Below are positions 10,552-21,259 of a stretch of DNA of 64,000 nucleotides, in pieces; position 1 is the first letter of the stretch, and every line of letters starts with the position of its first letter. Below the pieces are notes generated by a model, which was given only the letters and a program-made list of their open reading frames with translations, made no database searches and was not told the origin of the DNA. A program made the translations under genes and the position numbers. Source of the stretch: a virus; IMG/VR virus record IMGVR_UViG_3300010354_000044, positions 1-64,000 of that record. One strand, 5' to 3'.

Positions 10552-11603
10552 CCTATCAGACTCTGGCTATAGCATATGTACAGGTCAGACACCGAGGCCA
10601 GCTCATTAGACCTTAATTGAACTAACCTGTTGGGTTTTGTAATACTAACGGCCCTTACAAAAGGCCTAACAACCGCTGCAATGCTTTCTGGCGTTATGGA
10701 CGCTCCAGGTTGCAGAGTCCCAAAGTAACTCCTTAAAATCTCTGTAAGTCTCTCATCAGTAGTTACGCCCTTGATTGGAACTACATCTAGAGCCATAGCA
10801 ACAGGACGCATTTTTACTTTCTCAAAAGTCGCGTAGGTTCCAGGGGATAGGTAATCCCTAATCAGATTTCTTAGGTTGTTTTCAAAGTCAGGAGTCAGCT
10901 CTGTTGCAGTATCCAAGTAAATGTGGACGAACCCGGGCGCTCTAGGAGCTACCCAGAACCTCTCTAGAGGTAAATAAGCTTCTAGCGTAGATTCTAAAGT
11001 AGGTCCACGCCCTTCCTTGACATCTTCAATACGGGCTCTGAAGTCAAAATCAGATTCGTAATCTCGCCCATCTACTAGATTCCCACAATACTCTCCAGTT
11101 AGAGCACGCTCTGCACCAACAACAAATGACACTAAAGGCAGAGTAAGGCTATATAAAGGAGTCCCTGCAGAAAGGTTACCCGATTCACCCTCGGCTACGG
11201 CGGAAATTTCTATAGGAGTATCCAGCGTGTTAATTATTGAAGCAGATTCTAAGGTTATAAATTGGTTGGCAGTGTTTAAGTCTGTAAGGACCGTTCCTGC
11301 CGGTACCGAAATACTGGCTTCTGAGTTTGTCGTTGCGATGACCTGCCCGCGGGCTACAGAACCTCCTTTGCGTGAGAGATTCATAATAGCAAAAGCATAA
11401 TCGTCTAAATACCCTCCGGTCGCTGTTTGGGGATTAAGATTCTTACGGAGGCTATCTAGTCTGTTTTCCTGCTCTAAAAGAGTAGCGGCTACGGACCTTA
11501 TTAAAGTACTTAATACAGAGCCAGGGCTTAGGTCATTAACATTAGAATTTTCTTTGGCTAAGGCTCCAATTAAAGATTGCTGTATTTCTTCTAATGTTCT
11601 CAT
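10548..11603 (-). CDS. Baseplate J-like wedge protein
   Basis: DLSPGSV..TL, TATGGYLD, VPAGT, A..EG.SGN, GRDYESD..FRAR hallmarks. Confidence 0.9.
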   Translation of the reverse strand: MRTLEEIQQSLIGALAKENSNVNDLSPGSVLSTLIRSVAATLLEQENRLDSLRKNLNPQTATGGYLDDYAFAIMNLSRKGGSVARGQVIATTNSEASISVPAGTVLTDLNTANQFITLESASIINTLDTPIEISAVAEGESGNLSAGTPLYSLTLPLVSFVVGAERALTGEYCGNLVDGRDYESDFDFRARIEDVKEGRGPTLESTLEAYLPLERFWVAPRAPGFVHIYLDTATELTPDFENNLRNLIRDYLSPGTYATFEKVKMRPVAMALDVVPIKGVTTDERLTEILRSYFGTLQPGASITPESIAAVVRPFVRAVSITKPNRLVQLRSNELASVSDLYICYSQSLIG

Positions 11604-12082
11604 AGCGTGTAATTCAGCTGATTTAATTCCTCGGAGTCTTTGACCCTATAGGTAATATTAAAACTCAAGGGCTGAGACGTAGTTATTGGGTTAGCTTGTA
11701 TACTGACAATAGTTATCCGACCATCTTGACTGGCAGCTTCCTGGAGATAGCCTACTATCTCTACAGCCAATTGTTGGTTTTTTAAGGAAGATAGCTTAGA
11801 GTACATATCATTCTCTAAACCCTCCCCACTCATGCTAATACCGGTGCTTGTCCTATACCACCGGGAGTACCCTCCCGTCGGGGTAGCTAGGCGGCGCATT
11901 AATGAATCTACAATAGCCCGCACACCTGTGACTGTTGTTAAGTCGCCATTTGATACAGCTAAATCTAAGATACTAGCTTGATTGTTAAGAGCTAGATCTA
12001 CTCCAGTCCAGTCATCGGGCTGTCGTACTTTATACGGTACTGACTGTTTAGGTAAAGCTGTCGCCTGGCGGTTATAATACAT
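11600..12082 (-). CDS. Baseplate wedge / sheath initiator (gp25/GpW-like)
   Basis: GDLTTVTG...L.RRLATP.G and QDGRI motifs; immediately upstream of baseplate J. Confidence 0.7.
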   Translation of the reverse strand: MYYNRQATALPKQSVPYKVRQPDDWTGVDLALNNQASILDLAVSNGDLTTVTGVRAIVDSLMRRLATPTGGYSRWYRTSTGISMSGEGLENDMYSKLSSLKNQQLAVEIVGYLQEAASQDGRITIVSIQANPITTSQPLSFNITYRVKDSEELNQLNYTL

Positions 12083-12084
12083 AA

Positions 12085-12645
12085 CTAACGGACTTCTATT
12101 CTACCTACAGCTTTACCCATACCAGATTCTAGTAAGGCAGTAGGCTCTAGAACTGTCCAATGTGCAGAACCGCGGCCTATAGTCATATTTAAGTACTGCT
12201 GTTTAATTTCTAGGTAATAAGCCCCCGCTGGGAATAAACCTTCTGTTGTAAACATGCACCAACCAGGGGTCTCCATATCATTGCCCCGAGCAATAAGGCT
12301 TGTATTGAAATAAAGCTCCCAATTTAGGTAACCCTCCTCAGACCTGGCACATTCAGCTTCTAAGCGGCAGGTAGTTTCTGATGCGGTAAATATAGTTGGG
12401 TCGATTACGTAGGTACTTTTATAGCTCTTGCGCCACCAGATTACTGATGCGATACTTTGTGTATCCAGGGTTTGGGGAAGGGTTTTGAAGCGGACCTCAT
12501 ATTGATCTTTCTTACCTAATGGAACTACATAGCCATAGTAGGACTGGAGAGCTAGGTCGTCCACCTTAACCCTAGCCCCTAAACTAAGCGTTTCTGTTGT
12601 AGTAATGAATAAAATGTTATCCAGTCGCTCATTAATTCTAATCAT
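12085..12645 (-). CDS. Hypothetical protein (baseplate cluster)
   Basis: Coupled ORF within the operon. Confidence 0.55.
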   Translation of the reverse strand: MIRINERLDNILFITTTETLSLGARVKVDDLALQSYYGYVVPLGKKDQYEVRFKTLPQTLDTQSIASVIWWRKSYKSTYVIDPTIFTASETTCRLEAECARSEEGYLNWELYFNTSLIARGNDMETPGWCMFTTEGLFPAGAYYLEIKQQYLNMTIGRGSAHWTVLEPTALLESGMGKAVGRIEVR

Positions 12646-13792
12646 TTAAATTAGGCCTTGTAATAACATCCGGATACTCCATAGAGTTTGGTTTAGGATA
12701 AGCCTTAACGGTTTGATTTTTGTTCCTAGGCTTCTTTTTCGTCTCTATGCCCGACGTGCCTTGCGGGGGTAAAGCTACCTTAACGCCGCCCATGTCTATA
12801 CCAACGGCCTCCTGTGTAGACAAAAGATTGGCCTTAGGGTAGTCTGGCGGGAACTCAAAGTCTTTGATACTTACTTCAGCTGCTGGTCTCTCTATAGGTC
12901 GGCTGGCCCTAGCAACACTGCCCCCTAGAAATACCAGGCCGCCGCCGACTCTGACGGTGTTACCACTTAAATTAAGAATAGTGCCTGATACTTTTGTAGA
13001 TGCGCCGCCTAAGTTGAGATCTTGAGCGTACAGTCTATATTGTTGGGCTGTATGGTCTACCGTTGCACTCTTAATGTAAAGAGCCTCAGAATCTAACTTT
13101 AATTCTGCTGTCTTAATACTTAAGCCCCCCGAGCTTGCGGCGGTATAACCTTTTGTTCCTACTTCTAGCGTAAATCTATCGGCATAAACCTCTGCCGTAC
13201 CAAGCTGCTCTAATTTATTCTCAGCACTTAACTCAAACGATTTACTTTGTTGAGTTAGGTGTTTACTCTGTACATAGGTAGCTTCCGCTCTAATATACTG
13301 CTGCTGAGTAATTATCTGATGTAAGTCTGTTATTGTATGGCTGTAGGCTGACTGTAGCAAGTGCTGCTTAGCTGTTACTAAAGCTATGCCTGTCTCTAAC
13401 GTATAGTTGGTAGTTGATACCCCGTAGATTGATGCGCTAACTCTTATATCTGCCGCAGCTGTATTGATGTGCCTGCCAAAGCCGTAATCCTGAATGGTTC
13501 GGCAAGCCTCCGTTAGATGCAAAGCAGATTTAGTTAATAACTCTTTGTAGTTACTTACGTCAGCCTTAACGCTCTTACTAAGGCTTTGAATATCTTTGTC
13601 ATAGTGACATTCCCTCAATATACCTTTTATAGTGCCAACTAGCCTATCTAGACTTTGAGTGTTCTGGTACTGTACACTAGACTGGGCTGTGCTAGTTTGT
13701 AAATTACTCGTAAGTAACCCAACTTGGAATGGGTTTACTAACCCATAGTTTGCGTAATTAGAGTCAATAAAACTAACTTTATCCTCTAGCAT
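12638..13792 (-). CDS. Putative baseplate spike (beta-helix, gpV/gp5-like)
   Basis: Periodic short beta-strand segments (LSIKTAELKLDSEALYIKS...LNLSGNTVRVGG) and baseplate context. Confidence 0.5.
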   Translation of the reverse strand: MLEDKVSFIDSNYANYGLVNPFQVGLLTSNLQTSTAQSSVQYQNTQSLDRLVGTIKGILRECHYDKDIQSLSKSVKADVSNYKELLTKSALHLTEACRTIQDYGFGRHINTAAADIRVSASIYGVSTTNYTLETGIALVTAKQHLLQSAYSHTITDLHQIITQQQYIRAEATYVQSKHLTQQSKSFELSAENKLEQLGTAEVYADRFTLEVGTKGYTAASSGGLSIKTAELKLDSEALYIKSATVDHTAQQYRLYAQDLNLGGASTKVSGTILNLSGNTVRVGGGLVFLGGSVARASRPIERPAAEVSIKDFEFPPDYPKANLLSTQEAVGIDMGGVKVALPPQGTSGIETKKKPRNKNQTVKAYPKPNSMEYPDVITRPNLND

Positions 13793-13793
13793 C

Positions 13794-15155
13794 CTAAGGT
13801 ATTACCAATAATGAATTAGCTTCAAAAATAATTGTATTAGATACAACCGCGCCGTCCACCATTAATAAAGCGTAACCTACCATAGGCTCAGCAACCGGCA
13901 CGCTAAATTTAGTGCTCCCTAGTGGGCTTAATAAAATGCTATCTAGATAGGTATCTTTATTCTGATTAAAGTAATCTCCTACAACTAAGACTACCTCAGT
14001 GTAAGCCCGCGATAGCGGTAATATCGTTAGGTCTAAAGTGTCTAAGATTCTTGTATTTGCGGGGGTTAGTAAGATTGATATCGCCGAACTTTCCTCTGGT
14101 AAAGGTAAATCATGCTCTAAGTAATTGGTAGTTAGTAAACGGTAATCCTTATAATCTGGTTTACTATCAATAGAAGACTCAACCCCCAGAATGTGGGCCC
14201 AGGTCTTAATTATTGTACGGTACCTTTTATAATAGCTTTCGGCATAATCAACGCTGCGGTGCCTATCTAATATAGAAAAGGCATCACATATAGAATACAG
14301 CCTTAACAAGCCCCCCTCCGTAGGCATGCTCTCTAGGCTAATACCGTCGGGTATACTCTTATATAATCCAACAAGCTGTTGTACAATTAAGGCCTGGTAA
14401 AATAGAACTGGCCCAGCCGTATAGCCAAAGGATAAAGTTGGATTCAATAACTGGTAAATAAAGCTTGTAGGGTAGGTGGGTAGCTGTCTATTAAGGGAGT
14501 TTGACAAGGCCTGGAAATACTCTATAACTGCTGTTAGATTACTAGAGTACGCGCCTAATAGTAACCGATACTTAAGGTCAGATACCGAGCCTAAAATAAG
14601 GTTATAGACTGAAAGGAGTGGGTTACTATAGCCGACTGCTGCTTGCAGCAAATCCTGTAGTTGGTCAATATACTCCGAGTGTTGGCTAAAGTTTAGATTG
14701 CTAAGTAACTGGGATTCCTGCAGCTTAGGGTTATTTTGCTGGATGGAGTGCTCTCTAAAAAACTCGTCAATGATAATCTCCAGAGCTTCTAGAGGCTCTG
14801 CTATTACCTGTTGTTTAGACGATATATAGCCTAAGGAACCTAAATGGCCAGCAAAGGTTGGTGTTTCAGTTAAGGTCAACCGGTACTGCCGATGGGGGTA
14901 GGCTGCCAAACTTCTTGCGTGGTGCGCGGTCTCCTTGTTATTGTTGACTGCTAAGGATCTAATAACGAGTTCTATGCTAGTTGCTAGTAACCCATTTTTA
15001 AAGTCTGTACTATTTTCAATAGTGGCTGGCCTTAACTGTTTAATAAGCTTTTGGGCCCGCAGCCTGGACTGCTGTACATGTAAATGCGTCCTGAACTGCG
15101 TGGGGTCTTTACTACCACCTAGCTTAATGGTCAATGGGTCAATTAGGTAAATCAA
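13794..15155 (-). CDS. Hypothetical baseplate-region protein
   Basis: 453-aa ORF within the operon. Confidence 0.55.
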   Translation of the reverse strand: MIYLIDPLTIKLGGSKDPTQFRTHLHVQQSRLRAQKLIKQLRPATIENSTDFKNGLLATSIELVIRSLAVNNNKETAHHARSLAAYPHRQYRLTLTETPTFAGHLGSLGYISSKQQVIAEPLEALEIIIDEFFREHSIQQNNPKLQESQLLSNLNFSQHSEYIDQLQDLLQAAVGYSNPLLSVYNLILGSVSDLKYRLLLGAYSSNLTAVIEYFQALSNSLNRQLPTYPTSFIYQLLNPTLSFGYTAGPVLFYQALIVQQLVGLYKSIPDGISLESMPTEGGLLRLYSICDAFSILDRHRSVDYAESYYKRYRTIIKTWAHILGVESSIDSKPDYKDYRLLTTNYLEHDLPLPEESSAISILLTPANTRILDTLDLTILPLSRAYTEVVLVVGDYFNQNKDTYLDSILLSPLGSTKFSVPVAEPMVGYALLMVDGAVVSNTIIFEANSLLVIP

Positions 15156-17874
15156 AATAGCTGTTTATATAGTTTCTAAGTTGTGTATCACTATCTGGGG
15201 AATTAGGTATATAAATTTCACCCTTGGTCATAAGAAGAATAAGATTGACAAAGAAGTCATAAAGCTCTCCATAGACAAGTGTTTCCACAACAGTACTAAG
15301 CCTAGGCTCTACGTCATTGATCCAGTTAACTAAATAACCTGGATAATCTGTAATATCTAAAACTCCTACAGGGTTAGTTACCACATAGGCTGGTGCCGTA
15401 CATAGAGCTAGCTCTGGCGGGTAAACATCATCTAAAGCCCTATTCAGTTGGTTCTGAGTAGGTACAGATGATACGGATGCCACCAACTCAATCAACGGTA
15501 CCACAGAGTTGGTCTGGTCTATCTGCTCAATTTTCTCTAGAATGTATTGACTGTTCGTTACTCCTAGATTCTCTAGGAAGTTTGCAAAGTCACTCTCAGG
15601 ATTTCGCCCATATAAATAACTATATTCAGGGTTACTTATTACAGAGTCCGTTGCGGTTAATTTAGTTTCTAGTAATTGGGTCATAATATCTGGATAAGTA
15701 CTAGCATCAGCTAAATCTATTATACTTTCAGTTGGATTTAGGGCTACAATATTATCTACTATTGTACTTAACTCCCGCCGTCTTTCTACCTCTTCATCAT
15801 AACAATAAACGTTAGTAGGTATAGATTGTGGGTAATCTGTTTGCGGGATTGCAATTTTTGAAGTATTGTTCTGGCCTAAGGGGGCCAGGCATCCTAAGGT
15901 AGATAGGACCATGGGCAGCGGGGACCCTTTGACCGAATTTACTAGATTTAATTCATTAATAGATTCTATATACCCCCCTTGATTAATCGTCCTACTATCA
16001 GACGACGCTTCCACAGTTATGTTATTCAGTGGAAGCGTTAAATCCAGATCAACTTTATCTAGTAGCTGACGAATCTTATCGTTAGGTATAGCCGGTATAT
16101 TAGCAATAATCTTGAGAGCGCCTACCAGGTTATTAGGATTTACCCCTAGATTAATAGTATCTGCGCCTATAGAAGCCTCAATAGGCCCTAACTGCACAGC
16201 CTTTAGCTTATTATCTTCTATCTGTACAGCTAGCTGTAATTGCTTTGGAAGATATTCATTGATTGTATTAACCCCGAAGTTTAGAAAGGCTTCAGGGTTA
16301 ATTCCAAATTCTTCATTATTGAATACAATAAAATTTTTTAATTCGCCTGGTAATTGCTGTGTAAGTTTAGTAACCGCAGTAACAGGGTCTTGCACGACAC
16401 CTATTAGCTGCTGCAGAGATTGCAGGAAGGCCTCTGTATTTACTGGCTGGCTTCTAAGCTGCCGGTCTGTATACTGTAAACCTAGTAATTCGTTTGTTTC
16501 CGCCGGCAGGTTACACTTAAGGCTGCTCAACGCAACTTCTATAGGGTTACCAACCTTATTTTCTAGTCTAAGCGCTCTTCCCTCAGAAATATAAAGACCT
16601 GGGATGATGCGTACAGCTGTAATACGACCAGCTCCATAGGTTTTAAATTTAAGTTCTGTAGGTAATTGAGCATTAAGCCGGCTCAGACAACTCAATACCT
16701 CTTGTGGAATTACTTCATAGGTTTGTTCTGTAGTTATCTCTAAATCGCAGAGCCTTAGCCCATTACTATCTAACTCAATAGGTTGAGTAAAGTAAGTATT
16801 AAGCGAGCGTAATGATTCGTTTAGGTCAATCGTTATATCTAGAGAGTTAATATCTAGGTGAGCGTTTCCGACCGTTAAATTAGCTGCGCGGTCTGTAAAG
16901 AGGAGGTCTTTGACCTTTAGTGCTACCGGTAACCATTTATTGACCTGCTGAACGACTTTAGTAATTTCCTCCGTCGGTAAGTTTAAGCCAAGGGTTCCCC
17001 CCAAATCTGTTATAGCGTTGTCGCCAATACCAGACCAAGCCTGTTCAGCTATTTGCTGGAGAGAACAGTAAACGGCTTCCCTATAAGCTTCGCTTCCTAT
17101 AGGTAAATCTAAGAGCCCTTCTAGTTTGTCTAGCCAGTTAGGGTTAATATCTGTCTCTAAGATAGAGGCAGAGCTAGGTGCATCTTCTAATACGTTTACG
17201 CTTTGATTAGGGTCAGCCGTTAGTTGCCTTTCGTAGGCCTCCTTGGCCCCTTCTAAGCTGATTTCACCCAGCAATCGCTCTGTAGTAGTGGCCAAGGCCC
17301 CTTGCTGTACTTGGCTGGTAAGGTTCGTACTAAATACAGAGCTACCTATGTTAATACTATAGTTAGTCGCTGTTCTATTCTCAAATACAACCTGGTTGGC
17401 CGGAAATTCAGCATTACCTATTGGTATATATGAAATTATAGAAAATGCATCTAGGTTAGTCGCAGACGGGGCAATCCAAGGGGCGGATACTACTGGAATT
17501 CCAGTGTACTGCTGCGTAGCTTGTGGACCTATTTCACCAACACCCCCATGTTGGTAGACCTCCCCTAACCTAACTGAAACACTCTGCCCAATCTCTCCAG
17601 TAATTATATGAGAACCAGGCCTAGGAGGAGGAAATAAAACCCCACCTCCATTAAATAAACCAAAGCCGGTTTGATTAACCTGTCTTAAGCCATAAGGAGG
17701 TTCTGTAGCTAAATATTTGCCATAATAGATATGGTCTGGGGCCTGATAAGCATAAGCTTCCTTGATATGTAAAGGATAATGCTGGCCTAATAAAGCGTTA
17801 TTCTGCCTTACTTTCTGGTAGTAATACAGATTATTACCGCCCGCAGCCCGCTGGCTATCTCCAATAGAAGGCAT
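15139..17874 (-). CDS. Large hypothetical baseplate-region protein
   Basis: 911 aa; N-terminal GVLFPPPRPGSHII segment is reminiscent of gpV/gp5 OB-fold; lies between hub and spike genes. Confidence 0.55.
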   Translation of the reverse strand: MPSIGDSQRAAGGNNLYYYQKVRQNNALLGQHYPLHIKEAYAYQAPDHIYYGKYLATEPPYGLRQVNQTGFGLFNGGGVLFPPPRPGSHIITGEIGQSVSVRLGEVYQHGGVGEIGPQATQQYTGIPVVSAPWIAPSATNLDAFSIISYIPIGNAEFPANQVVFENRTATNYSINIGSSVFSTNLTSQVQQGALATTTERLLGEISLEGAKEAYERQLTADPNQSVNVLEDAPSSASILETDINPNWLDKLEGLLDLPIGSEAYREAVYCSLQQIAEQAWSGIGDNAITDLGGTLGLNLPTEEITKVVQQVNKWLPVALKVKDLLFTDRAANLTVGNAHLDINSLDITIDLNESLRSLNTYFTQPIELDSNGLRLCDLEITTEQTYEVIPQEVLSCLSRLNAQLPTELKFKTYGAGRITAVRIIPGLYISEGRALRLENKVGNPIEVALSSLKCNLPAETNELLGLQYTDRQLRSQPVNTEAFLQSLQQLIGVVQDPVTAVTKLTQQLPGELKNFIVFNNEEFGINPEAFLNFGVNTINEYLPKQLQLAVQIEDNKLKAVQLGPIEASIGADTINLGVNPNNLVGALKIIANIPAIPNDKIRQLLDKVDLDLTLPLNNITVEASSDSRTINQGGYIESINELNLVNSVKGSPLPMVLSTLGCLAPLGQNNTSKIAIPQTDYPQSIPTNVYCYDEEVERRRELSTIVDNIVALNPTESIIDLADASTYPDIMTQLLETKLTATDSVISNPEYSYLYGRNPESDFANFLENLGVTNSQYILEKIEQIDQTNSVVPLIELVASVSSVPTQNQLNRALDDVYPPELALCTAPAYVVTNPVGVLDITDYPGYLVNWINDVEPRLSTVVETLVYGELYDFFVNLILLMTKGEIYIPNSPDSDTQLRNYINSYFDLPN

Positions 17875-17906
17875 AATTTGTACCCTTATTTATTATTTTA
17901 ACTATA

Positions 17907-18053
17907 ATGACTATCCGTGATTTAACTCTAAAGCTATCAACTAATACATTGACGACAGAGGAAAGGACTCTCTTGCATCAACTATTAGAAGAAAAGGATA
18001 TTAAGCCAATTATTAAACAGGCTAATACGGCGCTAGAAGGACCAGTTCAGTAA
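17907..18053 (+). CDS. Small antisense-oriented hypothetical protein (48 aa), not in the ORF track
   Basis: MTIRDLTLKLSTNTLTTEERTLLHQLLEEKDIKPIIKQANTALEGPVQ fills the only sizeable gap in the baseplate operon. Confidence 0.4.
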   Translation: MTIRDLTLKLSTNTLTTEERTLLHQLLEEKDIKPIIKQANTALEGPVQ

Positions 18054-19905
18054 GCCAGCCCTGCTGTCCCCCTGAGTTAAGGGTGTGCCGTACACCCTCA
18101 ATACGCCACATAGACTGAGGTTCCTTTTTGAAACCTGACTTCCGCCAGTAGTTATCTCCTTCCCAACCTTGGTTGCCTTCAACAACGGTTGCCGTCTCGG
18201 GATTAGTAACAGAACAGTAAACGTCTTCAGCAGAATCCTTAAATTCAGCTTGGCGCCCCTTAAATTGGTACGTCTGATCCGGCCTCTCTAAGTCTGTACC
18301 TGGGTCCTCTGCTGAGTAGTTACCTTTGATAGGTGCTGACTCTTCGTTCTGGTCATTGATACCTTTCCTTGTTACGTCCACGACACTCATGTAGTGGGCC
18401 CGGGTCATAGCCTCATACTCCTTTACAGCCTCCCGCTCATCTATATAGCGCTGTAGTGACTGTGGATATAGAGGTGAGTTTATTATCTGTACTAACTCCC
18501 CAGCCGTCAGAGAAGGGTCCCCTAAGACCGTGCAGGACGCCTGGCGCAGTTCTTTAGCGTAGAGGCGTGCTGCAGAGGCCGCTACCGCGGCGGCTTCTCC
18601 TATACTTTTAATAGTTGGGTCCTCAATGTAAATATTTCGCCCTCCTAGTTCAACCCCTCTTAGAAAGGCAGGCCGAGCTGCCATGTGCATAATTATGGCA
18701 TTGCCAGCAGTTGTACCATTAGGGGACTGATTAGCAATAAAGAAATTGGTTTTCATGCCATGGGTAGACTGCTCCTCTTTGAAGTTAATTAACATTTGGT
18801 TGTAGTCTACTTCGGCAAAAATTGCTTCATAATCAAAGTTTGGAATCAATTGGCAGTCCAAGCCGGAGCGTTCTGTTAGTTCGCCCTCTATATTCTGGGC
18901 TTCAAAGGTTGGTTTAATAGATTCTACGGAAACCTCCCCGGGAATAGTTCTGTAGTAATAAGTCCGGTAGAAGCGTTTAGAATCCGCTAACCCGCTGACG
19001 TCATTAACTCTTGGGCTGTAGTATAAATTACCGTCCAGGTGGTTTTGAAATAGCTCTGTAGGGTAGGGCTCTTGAGCTGCTAAAAATCTAATAAACTCTA
19101 CGGGGATTTGCTTCTCAATAGTAAAGTCTTTAGATATAACATCTACTGAGAAGGGTAGCCGCCCTGTAATAACATTGAAGTAAATAGTAGGCTCTATGTC
19201 CCATAGCTCCTTAGGGTTACTTGTTCGGCCTTGAACAGGGATAACACCTTTTGAGTAATCATTTTTGCATCTATAAAAGAAATCTACAGGAACTAAAGTA
19301 TTGTTCAGGTCTTGCAGAATTTCTTTAATGCCGGTTCTTTGCCCAAATAGGTCAAATAGAAACCCTCCGCCTCCTTGCGGTAAAACGCTGGGGTTAATAC
19401 CACTGTCCCGCAGAAACTGAATAGCCCTATTATAATGGGGCCCTCTCTGAAACCTGCTTGCGGCATTCCGGACAGTTGTATCATTGCTATCCGGGATGTC
19501 CCAAGCCAAACGTCCTTTACTGTCCCTATAATTCTCGTTAGCCGTACCTACTAAAATAGCGGAATAGGCATGCCTAATATCATGTTGACCGGGCTTGAAT
19601 CCTCTGTCTCTTAGGTACCTAACTACCGCAGGCATTTGCTCGCTAATAGACTGCTGACCGCCTGTTCCGTATTTGCGTTGATTATCTGGGCTAAATTGAA
19701 TTAAGCCTTTATATCTATAGTAATCACCTCCCATAAGATTTGGGTTTAACGTACCGGCGCTTTCAAAAGACATTAGAGCAGTAAACTCAACCACATTTAG
19801 TTGAAGAGCAGCAGCTGCCTGTTGAATAACCAAAGCTCCTGCAGGGTCTTTCTGTACCCGCTCTGCCGTACCTACACGGCCACCTCTAGGTCTATATTGA
19901 GCCAT
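18022..19905 (-). CDS. Baseplate hub C-terminal part with N-terminal lysozyme/transglycosylase-like domain
   Basis: LMSFESAGTLNP...GLIQF...EQM..V.RYL...YSAIL lysozyme-like motif; C-terminal GDPSLTAGELVQI and WRIEGVRHTL hub (gpD/gp44-like) motifs. Confidence 0.75.
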   Translation of the reverse strand: MAQYRPRGGRVGTAERVQKDPAGALVIQQAAAALQLNVVEFTALMSFESAGTLNPNLMGGDYYRYKGLIQFSPDNQRKYGTGGQQSISEQMPAVVRYLRDRGFKPGQHDIRHAYSAILVGTANENYRDSKGRLAWDIPDSNDTTVRNAASRFQRGPHYNRAIQFLRDSGINPSVLPQGGGGFLFDLFGQRTGIKEILQDLNNTLVPVDFFYRCKNDYSKGVIPVQGRTSNPKELWDIEPTIYFNVITGRLPFSVDVISKDFTIEKQIPVEFIRFLAAQEPYPTELFQNHLDGNLYYSPRVNDVSGLADSKRFYRTYYYRTIPGEVSVESIKPTFEAQNIEGELTERSGLDCQLIPNFDYEAIFAEVDYNQMLINFKEEQSTHGMKTNFFIANQSPNGTTAGNAIIMHMAARPAFLRGVELGGRNIYIEDPTIKSIGEAAAVAASAARLYAKELRQASCTVLGDPSLTAGELVQIINSPLYPQSLQRYIDEREAVKEYEAMTRAHYMSVVDVTRKGINDQNEESAPIKGNYSAEDPGTDLERPDQTYQFKGRQAEFKDSAEDVYCSVTNPETATVVEGNQGWEGDNYWRKSGFKKEPQSMWRIEGVRHTLNSGGQQGWLTELVLLAPY

Positions 19906-19910
19906 ATCTT

Positions 19911-21191
19911 TTAAAAGTATTTTTTACTGTCGTCACGTAAGTGAAATATTTGCATTACAACACCGTCCGGAAATCGGATTGTGCTTAAGTTACCCGCCCC
20001 TAAGTTATAACCAGGGACGTAGCTAATTCCCTTTACAGGAACAGTAACTGTGATTCTAGCCCCTGAAGGGCAGCCAAAGTCTATGCCATAATGCATTCTG
20101 CCCCAACGCGGGCCATATCCAGATGTTTTAGGCCAACTGGTTAATACACGCCCATTTACAGCAAATCGGGCCATATGAGACGATAGTGGAGGAGGTGCCC
20201 CCTTCTGTTTGTGTAAAGTTTTATGGTATTGAATATGAACGTGAGGCCCTTTAGATGCTCCCGTATTCCCTACTAAACCTACAAAAGCCCCAGGTGCGCC
20301 AGTTGTACCTGTATCTACTAAGTCTGAACTATCGCCAGACGTAACTTCTCCACTCTCGTTTGTAAGGTAAGTACCTAAATCCTGGACATAACCTGGTTTA
20401 ATAATGCGGCCATTAATGTTGCAAGGTTCTGCATCTGCCCCTACATCAACATAACCTATACCTAATTGTGCGGCTTTTACTATTAAAGACGACCGTAGGA
20501 TATTCTCACCGTCCTTAGAAAACGCTTTTGCCAGAGTACTAACATTTTTGTCAGAGTAACTCGGGTCAAAACTTACCTCTGTATCCTGCAGATAGCGCAT
20601 TCTATCTCGGCATTGGATACTAGCTGTTACTCCCTTACTCGTCCCTACAGTAGAGATTGTATCTACAATACCCACAAATATACGGGTTAGGCGATTACTC
20701 TCTATATCATCAACTGTAATAGGTCTCATTACAGGAATATAGCCAGCCCATATAGATATCTCTGACTCAGCCTGGAACTGCAGGAGTTTCCGCTCCTGCG
20801 TTTGTGCGGGTACTTGGTTAACATTCAGTGCGTTTAGTATTCCACTTGCTTGAAAGGGTGTTGGGGTATTACGTGATTGAGGCTCCTCTTTTATTACATC
20901 CGGTTCGGGCGGAGTTACGCCCTGATAATAAAGAGGAAATGGTGGTGGCACGTCATGAACAGTTGGTAACGAGCAACTAAGATGAATAGTAGCTGTGGAT
21001 GATGCCCAAAAGCGTTGTTGGTAAACAGTTCCACCCGTAATAACCCAGACCCTAGGTTCTGTACCTATGTTAGAGAACAGTATTTGTGTATGGTCTAGTG
21101 CCGTTATGCACCAGACGGGAAATTGCCCCTGGTCTCTCATTTGACAAGGGGCACCCATGGCAGGCGAAAAACGTGGTTCAGGTATAGACAT
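19911..21191 (-). CDS. Baseplate hub N-terminal part with C-terminal M23 peptidase domain
   Basis: IFVGIVDTI...IQCRDRMRYL hub motif; GNTGASKGPHVH and TSGYGPRWGRMHYGIDF M23 motifs. Confidence 0.75.
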   Translation of the reverse strand: MSIPEPRFSPAMGAPCQMRDQGQFPVWCITALDHTQILFSNIGTEPRVWVITGGTVYQQRFWASSTATIHLSCSLPTVHDVPPPFPLYYQGVTPPEPDVIKEEPQSRNTPTPFQASGILNALNVNQVPAQTQERKLLQFQAESEISIWAGYIPVMRPITVDDIESNRLTRIFVGIVDTISTVGTSKGVTASIQCRDRMRYLQDTEVSFDPSYSDKNVSTLAKAFSKDGENILRSSLIVKAAQLGIGYVDVGADAEPCNINGRIIKPGYVQDLGTYLTNESGEVTSGDSSDLVDTGTTGAPGAFVGLVGNTGASKGPHVHIQYHKTLHKQKGAPPPLSSHMARFAVNGRVLTSWPKTSGYGPRWGRMHYGIDFGCPSGARITVTVPVKGISYVPGYNLGAGNLSTIRFPDGVVMQIFHLRDDSKKYF

Positions 21192-21259
21192 AAAAGCCTG
21201 GTTTTAGTACCAGGCTAGTCTAAGTCCTATTTGTAAATGTAGTCAGCTTTAATAGTTTA

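Noticed and set aside
19900-19930. Programmed frameshift joining the two hub genes
   Set aside because: A -1 shift would be needed, but T_AAA_AAA is not a canonical slippery heptamer and the second gene has its own ATG.
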